This document shows, piece by piece, positions 8,936-18,813 of a stretch of 64,000 nt of DNA (positions are counted from its first letter, which is position 1; each line of letters starts with the position of its first letter). The notes beneath the pieces are model-generated. The model was not told where the DNA came from. It made no database searches and saw only the letters and a program-made list of their open reading frames with translations. This DNA is from an uncultured virus (IMG/VR IMGVR_UViG_3300031772_000017) (lineage: Duplodnaviria; Heunggongvirae; Uroviricota; Caudoviricetes), in IMG/VR virus record IMGVR_UViG_3300031772_000017. One strand, given 5' to 3'. The position numbers and the translations under genes were made by a program.

Positions 8936-9351
8936 TTCGTTTTCCCTCCCGCGGCTTCCGCTAACGACAACGACATCGTAGTAATTATGCTCAATTTTAA
9001 CCTACAATAGGCGTCATCCAAAGATTGTTCAGAGTTAGGTGAGTTAGCACGCTGATTTAGTGAGTTGATGGTTTTGTTCATTAAAGATGCCGCTTCCGCC
9101 ATTAACTCATTATGAGGTAGAAACGTGGAATATAATACGGCCCTGTTAGATAAATCTCGAAGTGTTCGAGTCGTTGCATGGTCGCAAGAACCGTGACTAG
9201 CTAAATCTGCAATATCAATGAACTGTGAATACTCAGTCTCATGATATGTTGGTGGGGTAATGATTGAGCACCCCGATATGATAAGGGCAAACACAAATTC
9301 TAGCGATATCACCACCCATATGAATGACCAAATTGCTTTCATTGTGCTCAT
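8932..9351 (-). CDS. putative lipoprotein
   Basis: Hydrophobic N-terminus with an ISGC lipobox. Confidence 0.6.
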   Translation of the reverse strand: MSTMKAIWSFIWVVISLEFVFALIISGCSIITPPTYHETEYSQFIDIADLASHGSCDHATTRTLRDLSNRAVLYSTFLPHNELMAEAASLMNKTINSLNQRANSPNSEQSLDDAYCRLKLSIITTMSLSLAEAAGGKTK

Positions 9352-9536
9352 ACTATCTCCCCCTGTTCTAATTCCATCAACTTCGACTCAAATTCTTCAA
9401 TCAATTTCTGCACGGATTTTCGTAGGTATGCCCTCACTTCTTCTGATGAATTCGCGGGGTTATCAATCATCAGTTTCAATTCATTCATTTGCTGAGTGTT
9501 GCGTTCAATAATTGCGGTGACTTCTGTACTTATCAT
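9348..9536 (-). CDS. hypothetical coiled-coil protein
   Basis: 62-aa ORF with 4-bp overlaps. Confidence 0.55.
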   Translation of the reverse strand: MISTEVTAIIERNTQQMNELKLMIDNPANSSEEVRAYLRKSVQKLIEEFESKLMELEQGEIV

Positions 9537-9835
9537 AATTTGTTAGCTAACCTCCGTAAAGTTTCTGCATGACAGCGTTTTGGAAAACACCAACACGCGA
9601 GGTTCTGACCATGTAGAGGGACCAACCACTTCGGGTCCACTGTCAATCTCCATATCGCATAGGCTTCAAATAGATCACACACGCGGGCCCGCTCTTGTTC
9701 TGTCATTTGTGATATAATGACGAATGGATTGCCCCAATCCGTACCCCGATCCACACGTATATAGGGAACACCAATTATCGGATGTCGCAAGTTAAGGATT
9801 GACAACTCTTCCGGCACTAAAAGACCAGTTTTCAT
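9533..9835 (-). CDS. DUF4326-like protein
   Basis: RGTDWGNPF...L.G.NLACWC.P..CHAE.L pattern. Confidence 0.8.
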   Translation of the reverse strand: MKTGLLVPEELSILNLRHPIIGVPYIRVDRGTDWGNPFVIISQMTEQERARVCDLFEAYAIWRLTVDPKWLVPLHGQNLACWCFPKRCHAETLRRLANKL

Positions 9836-11616
9836 AATTTACACACTCCCGAAGGACACTCCATCACGGCTTCTGTTCCTGTTGTGTGCGATTCGCTGAA
9901 ACGCTTCTTAGCTTCTTTGAGAGGAATCGCGCACAACGGTGGTTCCTCAACTTCCCCTGCTGCATTGACATATCCCCTTGTTTTCTCCCGATAGAATGTC
10001 GTGCCCTTGAGGTGTGGGAGATATTCAAGCCACAGCTTCTCCATATCCTCAATTGGATAATCGTACGGCATATTGATTGTCTTTGACACAGCATTGTCCA
10101 CATGCTTCTGTATGATCCTCTGGACTTCCAAGTGATCGCGCACAGTCAAATCATGTGATCCTACAAAATGCTTCACGTCTTTTCCCTCAAGCATGAACTG
10201 TTCAAATAGTGGATGAAAGACGAGTTCCACTTTCCGCTCATGCTTCTCCCAATAGCGACGTTCATAGGCAGGAGCGAACATCGGCTCAATACCTGAACTA
10301 CAATTGTTGGAGAGAATACTAACTGTTCCCGTTGGAGCTTGAGTGAGGATTGCACAATTGCGAATCCCATGTTCAAGAATCAACGATTTTGTTTTCGCTG
10401 GCATACGCTTCATGAATCCCGATTCAACATGCTTTAACGGATCGCACAGAGGGAACGAACCCTTCTCAATTGCGAGTAGGACACTCGCTTCATAGGCAGC
10501 TTTGGAAATGAAACGATAGAGCTTATCAACAAACTTATTTCCTTCTTCTGATCCATAACTATATCCAAGCATCGCAAGCGTATCAGCAAGTGCAGTGGTT
10601 CCTAATCCAATGCGACGGAGACTGGCAGACTTGATCTTCATTTCATTCAGTGGGAAATGATTCACGCTGAGTGCATCGTCAAGGAATCGTACAGCAAGAC
10701 GAATCGTATCTCCCAATGCAGGATAGTCAATCTCATCTCCCACAACAAAACGAGACAGCACAAGATGTCCGAGACAACACGGTTCCATCGCTGCAAGGGC
10801 AAGCTCACCACATGGGTTTGTGGTAACGAGGTTTTCGATGTAGTAAATGTTGCTTTCATGCTCAACAAGCTCCCAATTAAGAAACCCGGGTTCCGCTGAA
10901 TTGTACGCATTCTTGACAATTGTATCCCACAAGAGACGCGCCTTGATCTGTCTTTTGTATTTCCCCTTCCAATGCAACTCAATTTCTGTATCCTCTTTTA
11001 CTGATTTGATGAACGCTTTAGTGTGCTTGCATTTTACAGAGACATTCGCATGGGTGAGTTCACCCTTCACTAATTTCGCACTGAGAAATTCTTCAATGTC
11101 GGGGTGAGTAAGGTCGAGGCTGAACATAAGCGCAACACGCCGTTGTCCGCCGTTACGGATGGGCTGTGCACAACCATCGATGAGACGCATAAGTTCAACT
11201 GCACCAGGTGCGACTCCTCGTTGCCCTGCGATGGATGCACCTCTTGGACGTACATCTGAGAAATCATCTCCACACCCACCTCCTGTCATGCTAGTGACAA
11301 TCATATCATATGCCGACTTGCCCCATCCTTCTTTACTATCTTTGTTGGGGTCCAACACAAAGCAATTGAGTAATTGTGGATTCGTGCGCCCTGAGTTATA
11401 CCATATACGTCCACCCGGAACAAACAGATTGCGAACGAGGACTTCATAGAATCGATCTACATAGCACTTTTGTTTCTCAGGTGCTTCTGCTATCGCCATC
11501 TGATGAGCCACGCGACTACATGCTTCTCGCCACGTCTCTTCGGGAGTAAACGCATAACGATCTTTGAAAATCTTTAATGAGAACCCTGTGGGTGAATACT
11601 CTTGTATTACGTTCAT
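9832..11616 (-). CDS. nrdJ: class II (adenosylcobalamin-dependent) ribonucleotide reductase
   Basis: PGGRI, LLNCFV, TNPCGEL, APTGT, SSGIEP, DNAVSKTIN and C-terminal CPSGVC; no ATP cone and no nrdB in the window. Confidence 0.85.
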   Translation of the reverse strand: MNVIQEYSPTGFSLKIFKDRYAFTPEETWREACSRVAHQMAIAEAPEKQKCYVDRFYEVLVRNLFVPGGRIWYNSGRTNPQLLNCFVLDPNKDSKEGWGKSAYDMIVTSMTGGGCGDDFSDVRPRGASIAGQRGVAPGAVELMRLIDGCAQPIRNGGQRRVALMFSLDLTHPDIEEFLSAKLVKGELTHANVSVKCKHTKAFIKSVKEDTEIELHWKGKYKRQIKARLLWDTIVKNAYNSAEPGFLNWELVEHESNIYYIENLVTTNPCGELALAAMEPCCLGHLVLSRFVVGDEIDYPALGDTIRLAVRFLDDALSVNHFPLNEMKIKSASLRRIGLGTTALADTLAMLGYSYGSEEGNKFVDKLYRFISKAAYEASVLLAIEKGSFPLCDPLKHVESGFMKRMPAKTKSLILEHGIRNCAILTQAPTGTVSILSNNCSSGIEPMFAPAYERRYWEKHERKVELVFHPLFEQFMLEGKDVKHFVGSHDLTVRDHLEVQRIIQKHVDNAVSKTINMPYDYPIEDMEKLWLEYLPHLKGTTFYREKTRGYVNAAGEVEEPPLCAIPLKEAKKRFSESHTTGTEAVMECPSGVCKL

Positions 11617-11618
11617 TG

Positions 11619-12398
11619 TTATCGTCCTTTTGCAATTGCGTCTACCTGTGAACCCATCGGCTCAATATCCTCATAGAATATGGGGATTCGTTCTTGGAAA
11701 ATCTTGAGAAGAGGAATAGTAACTTCACGGCATTGTGGGTGTGTTTCGCGGGTCGTTCTCATCAATAAAAAATGTCTCCAATTGCGGAGGTTACAGGTCA
11801 TGACGATCTTGGAGCCAAGGGCATTAGGAAGAATGGATCGTGCTTCTTGTGGCTTCCACCCCTTCCCAATCAACTTTTTATATGTATCTTCCACCACAGC
11901 AATACAATGTAACCAATCCTGATCGAACTGTTCGACAAACATATTTCTCGATTCTTCATTTACGGCTTTTACATCTGTGGCAATATGACTGATAGAGTCT
12001 ACAGACCAATTATCCAAATCAATGACGGACTTCTCATCCCATCCCTCTGCATTCCACGTCTTAGGATACAAGAAACTCGGTGGCATTTTCTTTTCATAGT
12101 TCACAAAGCGGGTGGACTCCTGAGTGTAGGAGGCAAGACGGTGCCGTACAATCTCATGAGTAATGCCACGGTCCACATAGAATTCCACAGAAATGCTGGC
12201 ATGTTCTGTGACACTCCAATCTCCATGGCTCAAAACCACCGCACGGAGAAAACGATCCCATGATGTTTCTGTCTGTGCTTCTTCTGAACGGTGAGAAATA
12301 CGAGCGATACGCTCAATCTTACGGAGCATTCTGATTCCTTGCTCACTAGAACCCAAATCATAATCATCCACCAGTACATACGGCTTCACAATGTTCAT
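11619..12398 (-). CDS. thyX: flavin-dependent thymidylate synthase
   Basis: RHRLASYTQES (RHRx7S), EARSILP, NLRNWRHF; AGGAG RBS before MNIVKP. Confidence 0.92.
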   Translation of the reverse strand: MNIVKPYVLVDDYDLGSSEQGIRMLRKIERIARISHRSEEAQTETSWDRFLRAVVLSHGDWSVTEHASISVEFYVDRGITHEIVRHRLASYTQESTRFVNYEKKMPPSFLYPKTWNAEGWDEKSVIDLDNWSVDSISHIATDVKAVNEESRNMFVEQFDQDWLHCIAVVEDTYKKLIGKGWKPQEARSILPNALGSKIVMTCNLRNWRHFLLMRTTRETHPQCREVTIPLLKIFQERIPIFYEDIEPMGSQVDAIAKGR

Positions 12399-12495
12399 AC
12401 TAAAGTTCTCCTTTGTTGATAAAACTGTGGGGAACCACAAATAGACAATTTCTTATGTTCTGCGAAACGTACTTCAGGCTTCTTGTGGGTGAAAC

Positions 12496-13572
12496 CTATG
12501 TACCGCTTCCCATTCGTTGTGTTGCTAATTTGGTAGATTGTATACATTTCTTCCAATACGTCAAATGTGCTAATGCTGTTAATCCTGAAAATGTATTCTT
12601 ATATATGATGTCTTGAATATCTGAGGGTGAATAACCCCCCAAGACCATTTCATTGATGTCCTTCGGAAGAAGCCAGGAAGGCCAAACTACCACTTTATGT
12701 CCTAACTTTATTGCTCGTTCCATTTGCCTGCATATTTCTCCGCTACGTTTTTCGTTGTCATAGACTAGAACAATCTGAGCGGCAGACAATCTTTGTGCGG
12801 TTAAGATTAAGTTTGAATCGCACGAAGCAATTGTATTACCAAGAAAAAGACTATCTAGGGGTCCTTCAACAATCTGAACAAGTTTATTCTGATCTATTCT
12901 GTCCAACCCATAAATGAGCTTATCATCGTCCTGATTCGTCCTCACCGTGATATAGCGCACCGCATTGTCCTCGAAAGCACGTCCAGAAACGGCGAGGAGG
13001 GCTTTGTAGGGGTCATAAAAGGGAATGACGAGTCTAGCTTCAGGTAACAGGGCTTTTCCATGTTCGGGGTAGATTTCCTTCAGGAATTCAGCATAGTTTT
13101 CCGTAAAATAAAGCTTGCTCCAAAACTCCTGCGGAATCATACGTTCCTTGACATAACGAATGCAATAATGAGTCTCCGGTAGGTGGGTTAACTTCTCGGC
13201 ATTCTGAAAGATTGCTTGCTCCATCTTCCCGAATCGTATTGACGTGGAAGGACCCTCAAAGACATTGGGTTCCTTTATTCGACGTTTGAGACGTGGTGTA
13301 TCTCCAAATGTTTCAAACAGATAGTCTTTATAAAGGGTAGGAGCAACCTTCAGGATGAGTTCCCCAAGCCATATAGCTTGCGTGCAGTTGTGACATTTGT
13401 AGGCAAGACGTTGCTTATCGCGGTAGATGTATCCCCGCATTTTGGTTTTTTTAGTTTCAGAATCCCCGCAGAGGGGGCAGCGCACATTGAAGAGATAATC
13501 GTTCTTGCGAACGAATTTATCAAAGTGAGTGGAGAGAAGTTGGGTGTATTTCAAATCCGTGTATAATGCCAT
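12496..13572 (-). CDS. 61: T4-like DNA primase gp61
   Basis: Zinc finger RCPLCGDS..YKCHNC; TOPRIM motifs VEGPLDS, YDNE and KDINEM. Confidence 0.92.
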   Translation of the reverse strand: MALYTDLKYTQLLSTHFDKFVRKNDYLFNVRCPLCGDSETKKTKMRGYIYRDKQRLAYKCHNCTQAIWLGELILKVAPTLYKDYLFETFGDTPRLKRRIKEPNVFEGPSTSIRFGKMEQAIFQNAEKLTHLPETHYCIRYVKERMIPQEFWSKLYFTENYAEFLKEIYPEHGKALLPEARLVIPFYDPYKALLAVSGRAFEDNAVRYITVRTNQDDDKLIYGLDRIDQNKLVQIVEGPLDSLFLGNTIASCDSNLILTAQRLSAAQIVLVYDNEKRSGEICRQMERAIKLGHKVVVWPSWLLPKDINEMVLGGYSPSDIQDIIYKNTFSGLTALAHLTYWKKCIQSTKLATQRMGSGT

Positions 13573-13578
13573 CTCTGG

Positions 13579-13607
13579 ATTATACACGAATTGGAAGTGG
13601 AAATCAA
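13579..13607 (-). promoter_or_regulatory. sigma70-like promoter for primase (likely leaderless mRNA)
   Basis: TTGATT-17 nt-TATAAT; the ATG begins 7 nt after the -10 box with no RBS. Confidence 0.7.
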
Positions 13608-13611
13608 GTGT

Positions 13612-13989
13612 TTACTGCGCCCCAGTCCACGATACGCGACTATGAACGGGGTCAGTAATGTGTCCTCTTGGAAAGTTCTTTGCAGGAGTTTTCCAGCTTG
13701 CCGCTTTATAGATGTTTCCCTTTGGATCAATAAATGAATGAGCGGAACGTGAAGGACCGTGGGCAGTAACTACGCGAGTATATTTTGGACCATGCTCAAA
13801 CGACACACTCATTCTATTATGCTCAGGAACAGGTTTCCCCTGATACCCTCGTTCATGATCGTTCACAATATGGTTTGCATAACGTGACAAATGCTCATCT
13901 CCATATTCACGCACTGCTGGCTTCTGTCCGAATGCTTCTTTCAGTTCGTGTTGTCCTTCTTCTGTGATGAAATCTCTAAAGTTTAACAT
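13612..13989 (-). CDS. hypothetical protein, candidate head internal protein
   Basis: N-terminus MLNFRDFITEE resembles the T4 capsid-targeting sequence; GPKYTRVV..SAHSFID..GNIYKAASWKTPAK domain. Confidence 0.7.
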   Translation of the reverse strand: MLNFRDFITEEGQHELKEAFGQKPAVREYGDEHLSRYANHIVNDHERGYQGKPVPEHNRMSVSFEHGPKYTRVVTAHGPSRSAHSFIDPKGNIYKAASWKTPAKNFPRGHITDPVHSRVSWTGAQ

Positions 13990-13997
13990 AGTGCTCC

Positions 13998-14420
13998 CTA
14001 TTGCCCACGAAATTGAATCGCTTTGAAGACCATTGTCCACTCCACATGACCAAGAATATATCCTAGCACGATGAGTGCACCAATGAGAATCCACTTCCAC
14101 CTCTCCAGCGTATGTAATGTCCTGGTTACCTTCTCTTCCTGTGTTAAATCAACTGATGGCTTTTCCGAGAAGATACCATCAATACGTCCATGAACGGCTC
14201 GCATATCGGCGTCAAATTCCGCATGAATTTGTTGAGACGAATCGTGCTTCAATTCATGCAGCGCAATCATCTTACAAAGATTCGCATTCATCGCTTCAAT
14301 TTTTTCCACAGCTTCGGTAAGTTTATCAATCACTTTTGCAGTGAGGAAAATGTCCTTTTGTGCGAGGGCAACATCTATTTTCAATGCAGAAAGCATTTCT
14401 TCAATCGATAGCCCAGGCAT
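13998..14420 (-). CDS. coiled-coil protein with C-terminal TM segment
   Basis: LERWKWILIGALIVLGYIL C-terminal helix; adjacent to the holin. Confidence 0.7.
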   Translation of the reverse strand: MPGLSIEEMLSALKIDVALAQKDIFLTAKVIDKLTEAVEKIEAMNANLCKMIALHELKHDSSQQIHAEFDADMRAVHGRIDGIFSEKPSVDLTQEEKVTRTLHTLERWKWILIGALIVLGYILGHVEWTMVFKAIQFRGQ

Positions 14421-14422
14421 AA

Positions 14423-14962
14423 TTACTTCCCGTTTCTAGCGTTAATAACTGTTGTGAGTTGTTCTGTCTTAACTGCTGAACCCGTCGAAGAGCCAAAGTA
14501 ATAAGATAACACTAATCCTACTGCTGCGTCAAGTGTTCCCATTGAACGCATGACGAAATCGCGCATCGTAGGATCGACGACTGTATGAAATACTGCAACT
14601 TGTACACCAATGTACAATCCGATAATCAATCCTGCAATTATACGAGGAGTCCAGTCCTTTGTTTGAATCTCTCGATTTCGTGCATCTGCTGTATCTCCTG
14701 CTTTGATCTTGAGCACATCAACTTCTAGTTTCTTGAGGTCCAAGACTAGCTGTGCGTCCACTTCCTTGATCTTGAGGAGTTGTTCAGGAGTCGCACCTGC
14801 GATAGCTTGCATCACTTGATCGTGGCTTGTATCAGGAGCTAATCCCAGTCCACTAATGAGGGCTGTGGTTGCCATCCCCGCAAGGGGTCCACCTAATGCT
14901 GACGCGATTGTTGGGGCAATTGTTGCGAGAATTCCCCCTGCTGCTTTAAGATAATCTGTCAT
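14423..14962 (-). CDS. putative holin (3-TM, GTA-holin-like)
   Basis: APTIASALGGPLAG, D.ADARNRE, two TM helices, YYFGSS. Confidence 0.75.
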   Translation of the reverse strand: MTDYLKAAGGILATIAPTIASALGGPLAGMATTALISGLGLAPDTSHDQVMQAIAGATPEQLLKIKEVDAQLVLDLKKLEVDVLKIKAGDTADARNREIQTKDWTPRIIAGLIIGLYIGVQVAVFHTVVDPTMRDFVMRSMGTLDAAVGLVLSYYFGSSTGSAVKTEQLTTVINARNGK

Positions 14963-14975
14963 GCTTAACTCCTTC

Positions 14976-15911
14976 CTAACGATTCACTGCTTGATGATGA
15001 GCGTATGCTAATTCTGATGCAGACGCATCGACGTGTTGCGTCATATTTCTCCAATGTTGTCGGTCTTTATGTGGGACCGTATCCCAATATTTTTCATGAG
15101 CGGGTCGTGCTTCGTGTTCTTTTGCCATGTGATCGTCAAGATGCTGCTTGTATTGGTGGATGCTGTGAATGGAATTATGCGGGGTTTGTGTTTCATCTCC
15201 ATATCCATACTTGCCATGATGATAGATTCCATGTCCCCTATGAAGACCCCTGAACACGGGATTTTTCATCGATTCTTCGATGTGTGACTTGAGTGAATAC
15301 ATTAGTTCCTCTTTGAGCCCACTTAATGTTTTGCGTCGTACCATCGGCTTCATAATTGAACCTTTCCTTTTCTTTGGAAGCACTCCCGGCTCCCCCTGTG
15401 GACCGATACCGATTCCTGCGACGTTCCCCGCTCCTGCGGAGTTGACGATGCCCTCTTCTGCCATCGCAATGGGTCCTGTTGGACGTGTCGTGTCTGCACC
15501 CACAGCACCCTGTGATTCATATTCCTGTTCGCTTGCGTGATCGCTTCCTTCATCAGCACCATAGACTTCCGGGTGCAACTTATTCCAATCACGCATGAGC
15601 ATTCCCGCCATCGCATTCGCTTCATACTCCAACTCATCCAACGGCATATCAGGTGATCCATTCAAATGCTGTGCATCGTGGACAATTTCATGGGCAAGTG
15701 TGCGGAGAACGTCCGCCACATGCCGTCCTTCAGTCGCTACGATAATGCTTCCATCACCGGGGCGATAGGAACCGAAGGAAGTACTGCCTGTCTTATCCAC
15801 CAATGTCAATTCAGGATGCTCCGTGATACCTAATTGCGTGCAGACGTGAGCACAGAAATCATGGATATAATCCTCTAAGAATGGACCTTCCGATTCAATA
15901 AGAAATTGCAT
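14976..15911 (-). CDS. zinc metallopeptidase-like domain fused to low-complexity/His-rich modules
   Basis: LRTLAHEIVH (HExxH) followed by E.EANAMAG; then EEGIVNSAGAGNVAGIG..GEPGV and a His-rich tail. Confidence 0.7.
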   Translation of the reverse strand: MQFLIESEGPFLEDYIHDFCAHVCTQLGITEHPELTLVDKTGSTSFGSYRPGDGSIIVATEGRHVADVLRTLAHEIVHDAQHLNGSPDMPLDELEYEANAMAGMLMRDWNKLHPEVYGADEGSDHASEQEYESQGAVGADTTRPTGPIAMAEEGIVNSAGAGNVAGIGIGPQGEPGVLPKKRKGSIMKPMVRRKTLSGLKEELMYSLKSHIEESMKNPVFRGLHRGHGIYHHGKYGYGDETQTPHNSIHSIHQYKQHLDDHMAKEHEARPAHEKYWDTVPHKDRQHWRNMTQHVDASASELAYAHHQAVNR

Positions 15912-15912
15912 G

Positions 15913-16293
15913 TTATCTACGTTTCCCTCTCATAGCCGCATCTTCCAGCCTATTGATACGATTTTCTAATGCAGCCGATTGACGCTCCAATGCTTCTCGT
16001 TCCTGATTATTCACACGTTCTGTGACACTTTTAAGCCACCCTCTCAATTTCTCAATATCCTCTTTGTGAGATTCAGATTCAGAGTGGAGCACACCAATCT
16101 GCACGGCGTATCCTTTAATCTGCTCATCACGAGCAGCCTTGGCTGTGCTGAGGCTGGACGACAAATCCGAATACATACCAGCGAGAGTGGCGCACAGAAG
16201 CAAGGTACTCAAAATGGTGCCCTTCTTCTCAGCTATCTTTGGAAAGAGTGTTGGGAATAGTTTCAGGAGAAAACTCAGAATCGCGTTCATCAA
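15913..16293 (-). CDS. membrane-anchored coiled-coil protein
   Basis: N-terminal hydrophobic segment followed by a coiled coil. Confidence 0.6.
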   Translation of the reverse strand: MMNAILSFLLKLFPTLFPKIAEKKGTILSTLLLCATLAGMYSDLSSSLSTAKAARDEQIKGYAVQIGVLHSESESHKEDIEKLRGWLKSVTERVNNQEREALERQSAALENRINRLEDAAMRGKRR

Positions 16294-16687
16294 ATCTCAA
16301 CTTTCGTAAAATATCAACAACAAATGGGTCGAGTTGACATTCATCAGAGAGAATGCTTCTTCCCCTAATTCCCACAACATGATTGGGCATATAGTTCAGA
16401 AATACCAGAAATGTCTTTAGGATGTCATAATCCTCTGTTCGAGTATGATAGAACAACAAACGAGTCGCGGGGACTCTTCCGAAAATATTGTACAAAATAA
16501 TCAAGTGATTCAGAATCAGACGCTCTTTCAGTTCCCCATATTGATTGTAGCGTCGAAACAATCGCCTCACATAACTCAGATGTTTCAAATCTTCTTTAAG
16601 TTCACTCTTGATAAGTGTAGGCTTATCATAGCACTTGATCGCATAGATCATGACCGTGTCGTGGTTCAAATCAATCAAATCAATCAT
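16229..16687 (-). CDS. conserved T4-like hypothetical protein
   Basis: YAIKCYDKP..EDLK..YVRRLFRRY..GELKERLILNHLIILYNIFG pattern. Confidence 0.8.
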   Translation of the reverse strand: MIDLIDLNHDTVMIYAIKCYDKPTLIKSELKEDLKHLSYVRRLFRRYNQYGELKERLILNHLIILYNIFGRVPATRLLFYHTRTEDYDILKTFLVFLNYMPNHVVGIRGRSILSDECQLDPFVVDILRKLRFDERDSEFSPETIPNTLSKDS

Positions 16688-16700
16688 AGTAAATTAGTCC

Positions 16701-16946
16701 TTATGGTTTCTTTTCGGGAATCCTCTGCCCACCACGTTGACGGTATCCTAAAATGCTCGCGGCGTCATTCTGTTGATCTCCATATTTCCACATCGCACTC
16801 TTATCATGTTGCCCGATAGCTTTTTCTGCTTCTCCCGCATCCCTGAGAATGTAATGCAGTTCGGCATCTGACTTATGATGATAGGGGTGACCAGGAAGTA
16901 TATGATGCAATTTCTTCGCTTGTTCAAACAGTCTCAACATCTTCAT
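16701..16946 (-). CDS. hypothetical protein, candidate head internal protein
   Basis: MKMLRLFEQ N-terminus; GHPYHHKSDAELHYILRDAGEA module. Confidence 0.65.
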   Translation of the reverse strand: MKMLRLFEQAKKLHHILPGHPYHHKSDAELHYILRDAGEAEKAIGQHDKSAMWKYGDQQNDAASILGYRQRGGQRIPEKKP

Positions 16947-17343
16947 CGCTCAATATCTCCTCTAATTCGTTCTGGGTAACTATCTCAGAAAACACTTCGA
17001 ATTCCCCATCTGTGACTTCATTCATCGTGAACGCAAAATATATAAACAGGAGGTTCGGGCCTTCAATAGTGGAGACAAGAGGAATAATGATTTCACCGTC
17101 ATTTTCCAGGAATTCATCTGCATAGACGGAGACGGGGGGGAGTTCTATATTGCGGCCTTGCAAAAATACCCGTACTTCCTCGTACTCCGCAGCCGGATGC
17201 CTCGCATAGTCCGTGATGTCGTCCAAATGATCGTTGAGTTCTCCGCGCACCCCATAATCAGACAAATAACTGGATTCGGGGTCCCAGGTTGTCGCCGGAA
17301 CCCCTTCCATACATTCTTTCACATGATCGCAAAAGTCCTGCAT
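16924..17343 (-). CDS. acidic hypothetical protein
   Basis: 139-aa ORF coupled to the upstream structural gene. Confidence 0.65.
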   Translation of the reverse strand: MQDFCDHVKECMEGVPATTWDPESSYLSDYGVRGELNDHLDDITDYARHPAAEYEEVRVFLQGRNIELPPVSVYADEFLENDGEIIIPLVSTIEGPNLLFIYFAFTMNEVTDGEFEVFSEIVTQNELEEILSDEDVETV

Positions 17344-18191
17344 TACGCTCCGACAATAGCATCATCGCTGTTGGCTACGTTATCGGTTGCCATTGATCCT
17401 GAAGCCACCAGCACTTCATAGTGTACGCGGTTAGCACGTCCACCCATTGTAATAGCAAACGTAGGAGTTGCATTATTCGTCGTCACAGTCCCCAATGTTG
17501 GAGTGTTCGTGTAGTTGCCCCCACGATCTGCAACAGTCACAGTGAGAATCTGTCCTGTGTTACATGTTACGACAATCGTTGCGGTTCCTGTGTTCGTTCC
17601 CAATGGAGTCACACGAGGATTAGCGTCAAAGTTTCCACCACCGTTGTTGATAACTAATGCGGCGACGTTCCCCGCTGCATTCTTCGTATAAGAGATGTTC
17701 GCAAGTTGGTTGTTGCCTGTTCCACCACCAACTATTTCACAGAATCCATTCTGAGCGTATCCGACACCGTTTGCCACTGGTCCCGCTGCTGGTGTTACGG
17801 AATCAATTGATCCGTTTGCACGGACTGTGAAAGACGCATTCGCTGCAACGTTCCACACTCCACCACCTGTGATTGATAGATATTTTGCTGTCGCATTTCC
17901 CGAAAATCCCTTTCCACCACTCACAACAGCAATGGACGCAATATCACCAGTTCCTTGTTTGCGTAGAACCCACCCGGAATGTGTAGCAATTGATCCTTCA
18001 AATTGGCTGTTGGATTTTTCTCTTGAATCAATACCAAATACACCTAATGCAGCATTGGCTTGAAATGCCCCAACCTGTGTGTTGCCGTATAACCAAAATC
18101 CGTTAGCTGAGTGACCCGCAGCATCACTTGTCGATTCTAAATTCTGCTTTGGAGCCCCAGTGTTAGCATCAACCATTTTCCACAAAGACAT
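17343..18191 (-). CDS. virion structural protein (Gly/Asn/Thr-rich beta repeats)
   Basis: MSLW..D N-terminus, HSGWV, repeated SI.V..GG.GY units, GGRANRVHYEVLVA C-terminus; strong AAGGAG RBS. Confidence 0.7.
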   Translation of the reverse strand: MSLWKMVDANTGAPKQNLESTSDAAGHSANGFWLYGNTQVGAFQANAALGVFGIDSREKSNSQFEGSIATHSGWVLRKQGTGDIASIAVVSGGKGFSGNATAKYLSITGGGVWNVAANASFTVRANGSIDSVTPAAGPVANGVGYAQNGFCEIVGGGTGNNQLANISYTKNAAGNVAALVINNGGGNFDANPRVTPLGTNTGTATIVVTCNTGQILTVTVADRGGNYTNTPTLGTVTTNNATPTFAITMGGRANRVHYEVLVASGSMATDNVANSDDAIVGA

Positions 18192-18296
18192 ATAAATTCT
18201 CCTTAGTTACTGAATTGTTTCTTATACGGCCCGCGTTTCTGTCCTCTCATCCTTATTAACTGAGCGAGCCTGGACTCCTCATTTCGTTTCACACCC

Positions 18297-18803
18297 TTAA
18301 AAATAACCCAATTCTTTAAGTTTTATAATCGTTGTCTTGGCGCTATGATGCAAAATACCTACTCCCCCCGCCGCCTCAAATTCTCTGATATTATTCTCAT
18401 GGTCGTCGATGAGAATGTTCCGTACCTGTCCGTTACGTGCGAAGTTTTGTTTATCCTGTCGTTCCACAATATGAATATGACTGTGGGGAATCGAGGGAAT
18501 ATTCTTTCGATACCATTCCCGCTTTCCCCGCTCTACTTGTTCCCACACAAAACCCCAGGGTGCACTAGGAACCGCGGTCAAAATTTGTGGATTGTATTTC
18601 TTTAAGAAACCCCAATACACATCCAAGTCAGGCATCGGTGGAAGTGTTTCCCAAAAATCATGCTGCTGACTCAGAACCGCTCCATCTCTGTCACGTACTG
18701 TCCCACCAATCCATTGGTGCCCCAGTAGCTTCTCTGCTCCCGTGTAGAAATCACAGATAACTCCGTCACTGTCACTATAAATCACCGACCGTAGGTCTCT
18801 CAT
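18297..18803 (-). CDS. HAD-family 5'(3')-deoxyribonucleotidase-like protein
   Basis: YSDSDGVICDF, FWETLPPMPD, ILTA, ILIDD..NIREFEAAGGVGILH. Confidence 0.85.
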   Translation of the reverse strand: MRDLRSVIYSDSDGVICDFYTGAEKLLGHQWIGGTVRDRDGAVLSQQHDFWETLPPMPDLDVYWGFLKKYNPQILTAVPSAPWGFVWEQVERGKREWYRKNIPSIPHSHIHIVERQDKQNFARNGQVRNILIDDHENNIREFEAAGGVGILHHSAKTTIIKLKELGYF

Positions 18804-18813
18804 TTTATTTATG

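Noticed and set aside
18806..18813. CATAAATA late promoter before the nucleotidase gene
   Set aside because: It lies only 2 nt from the ATG, too close to place the start codon in the transcript; left uncalled.
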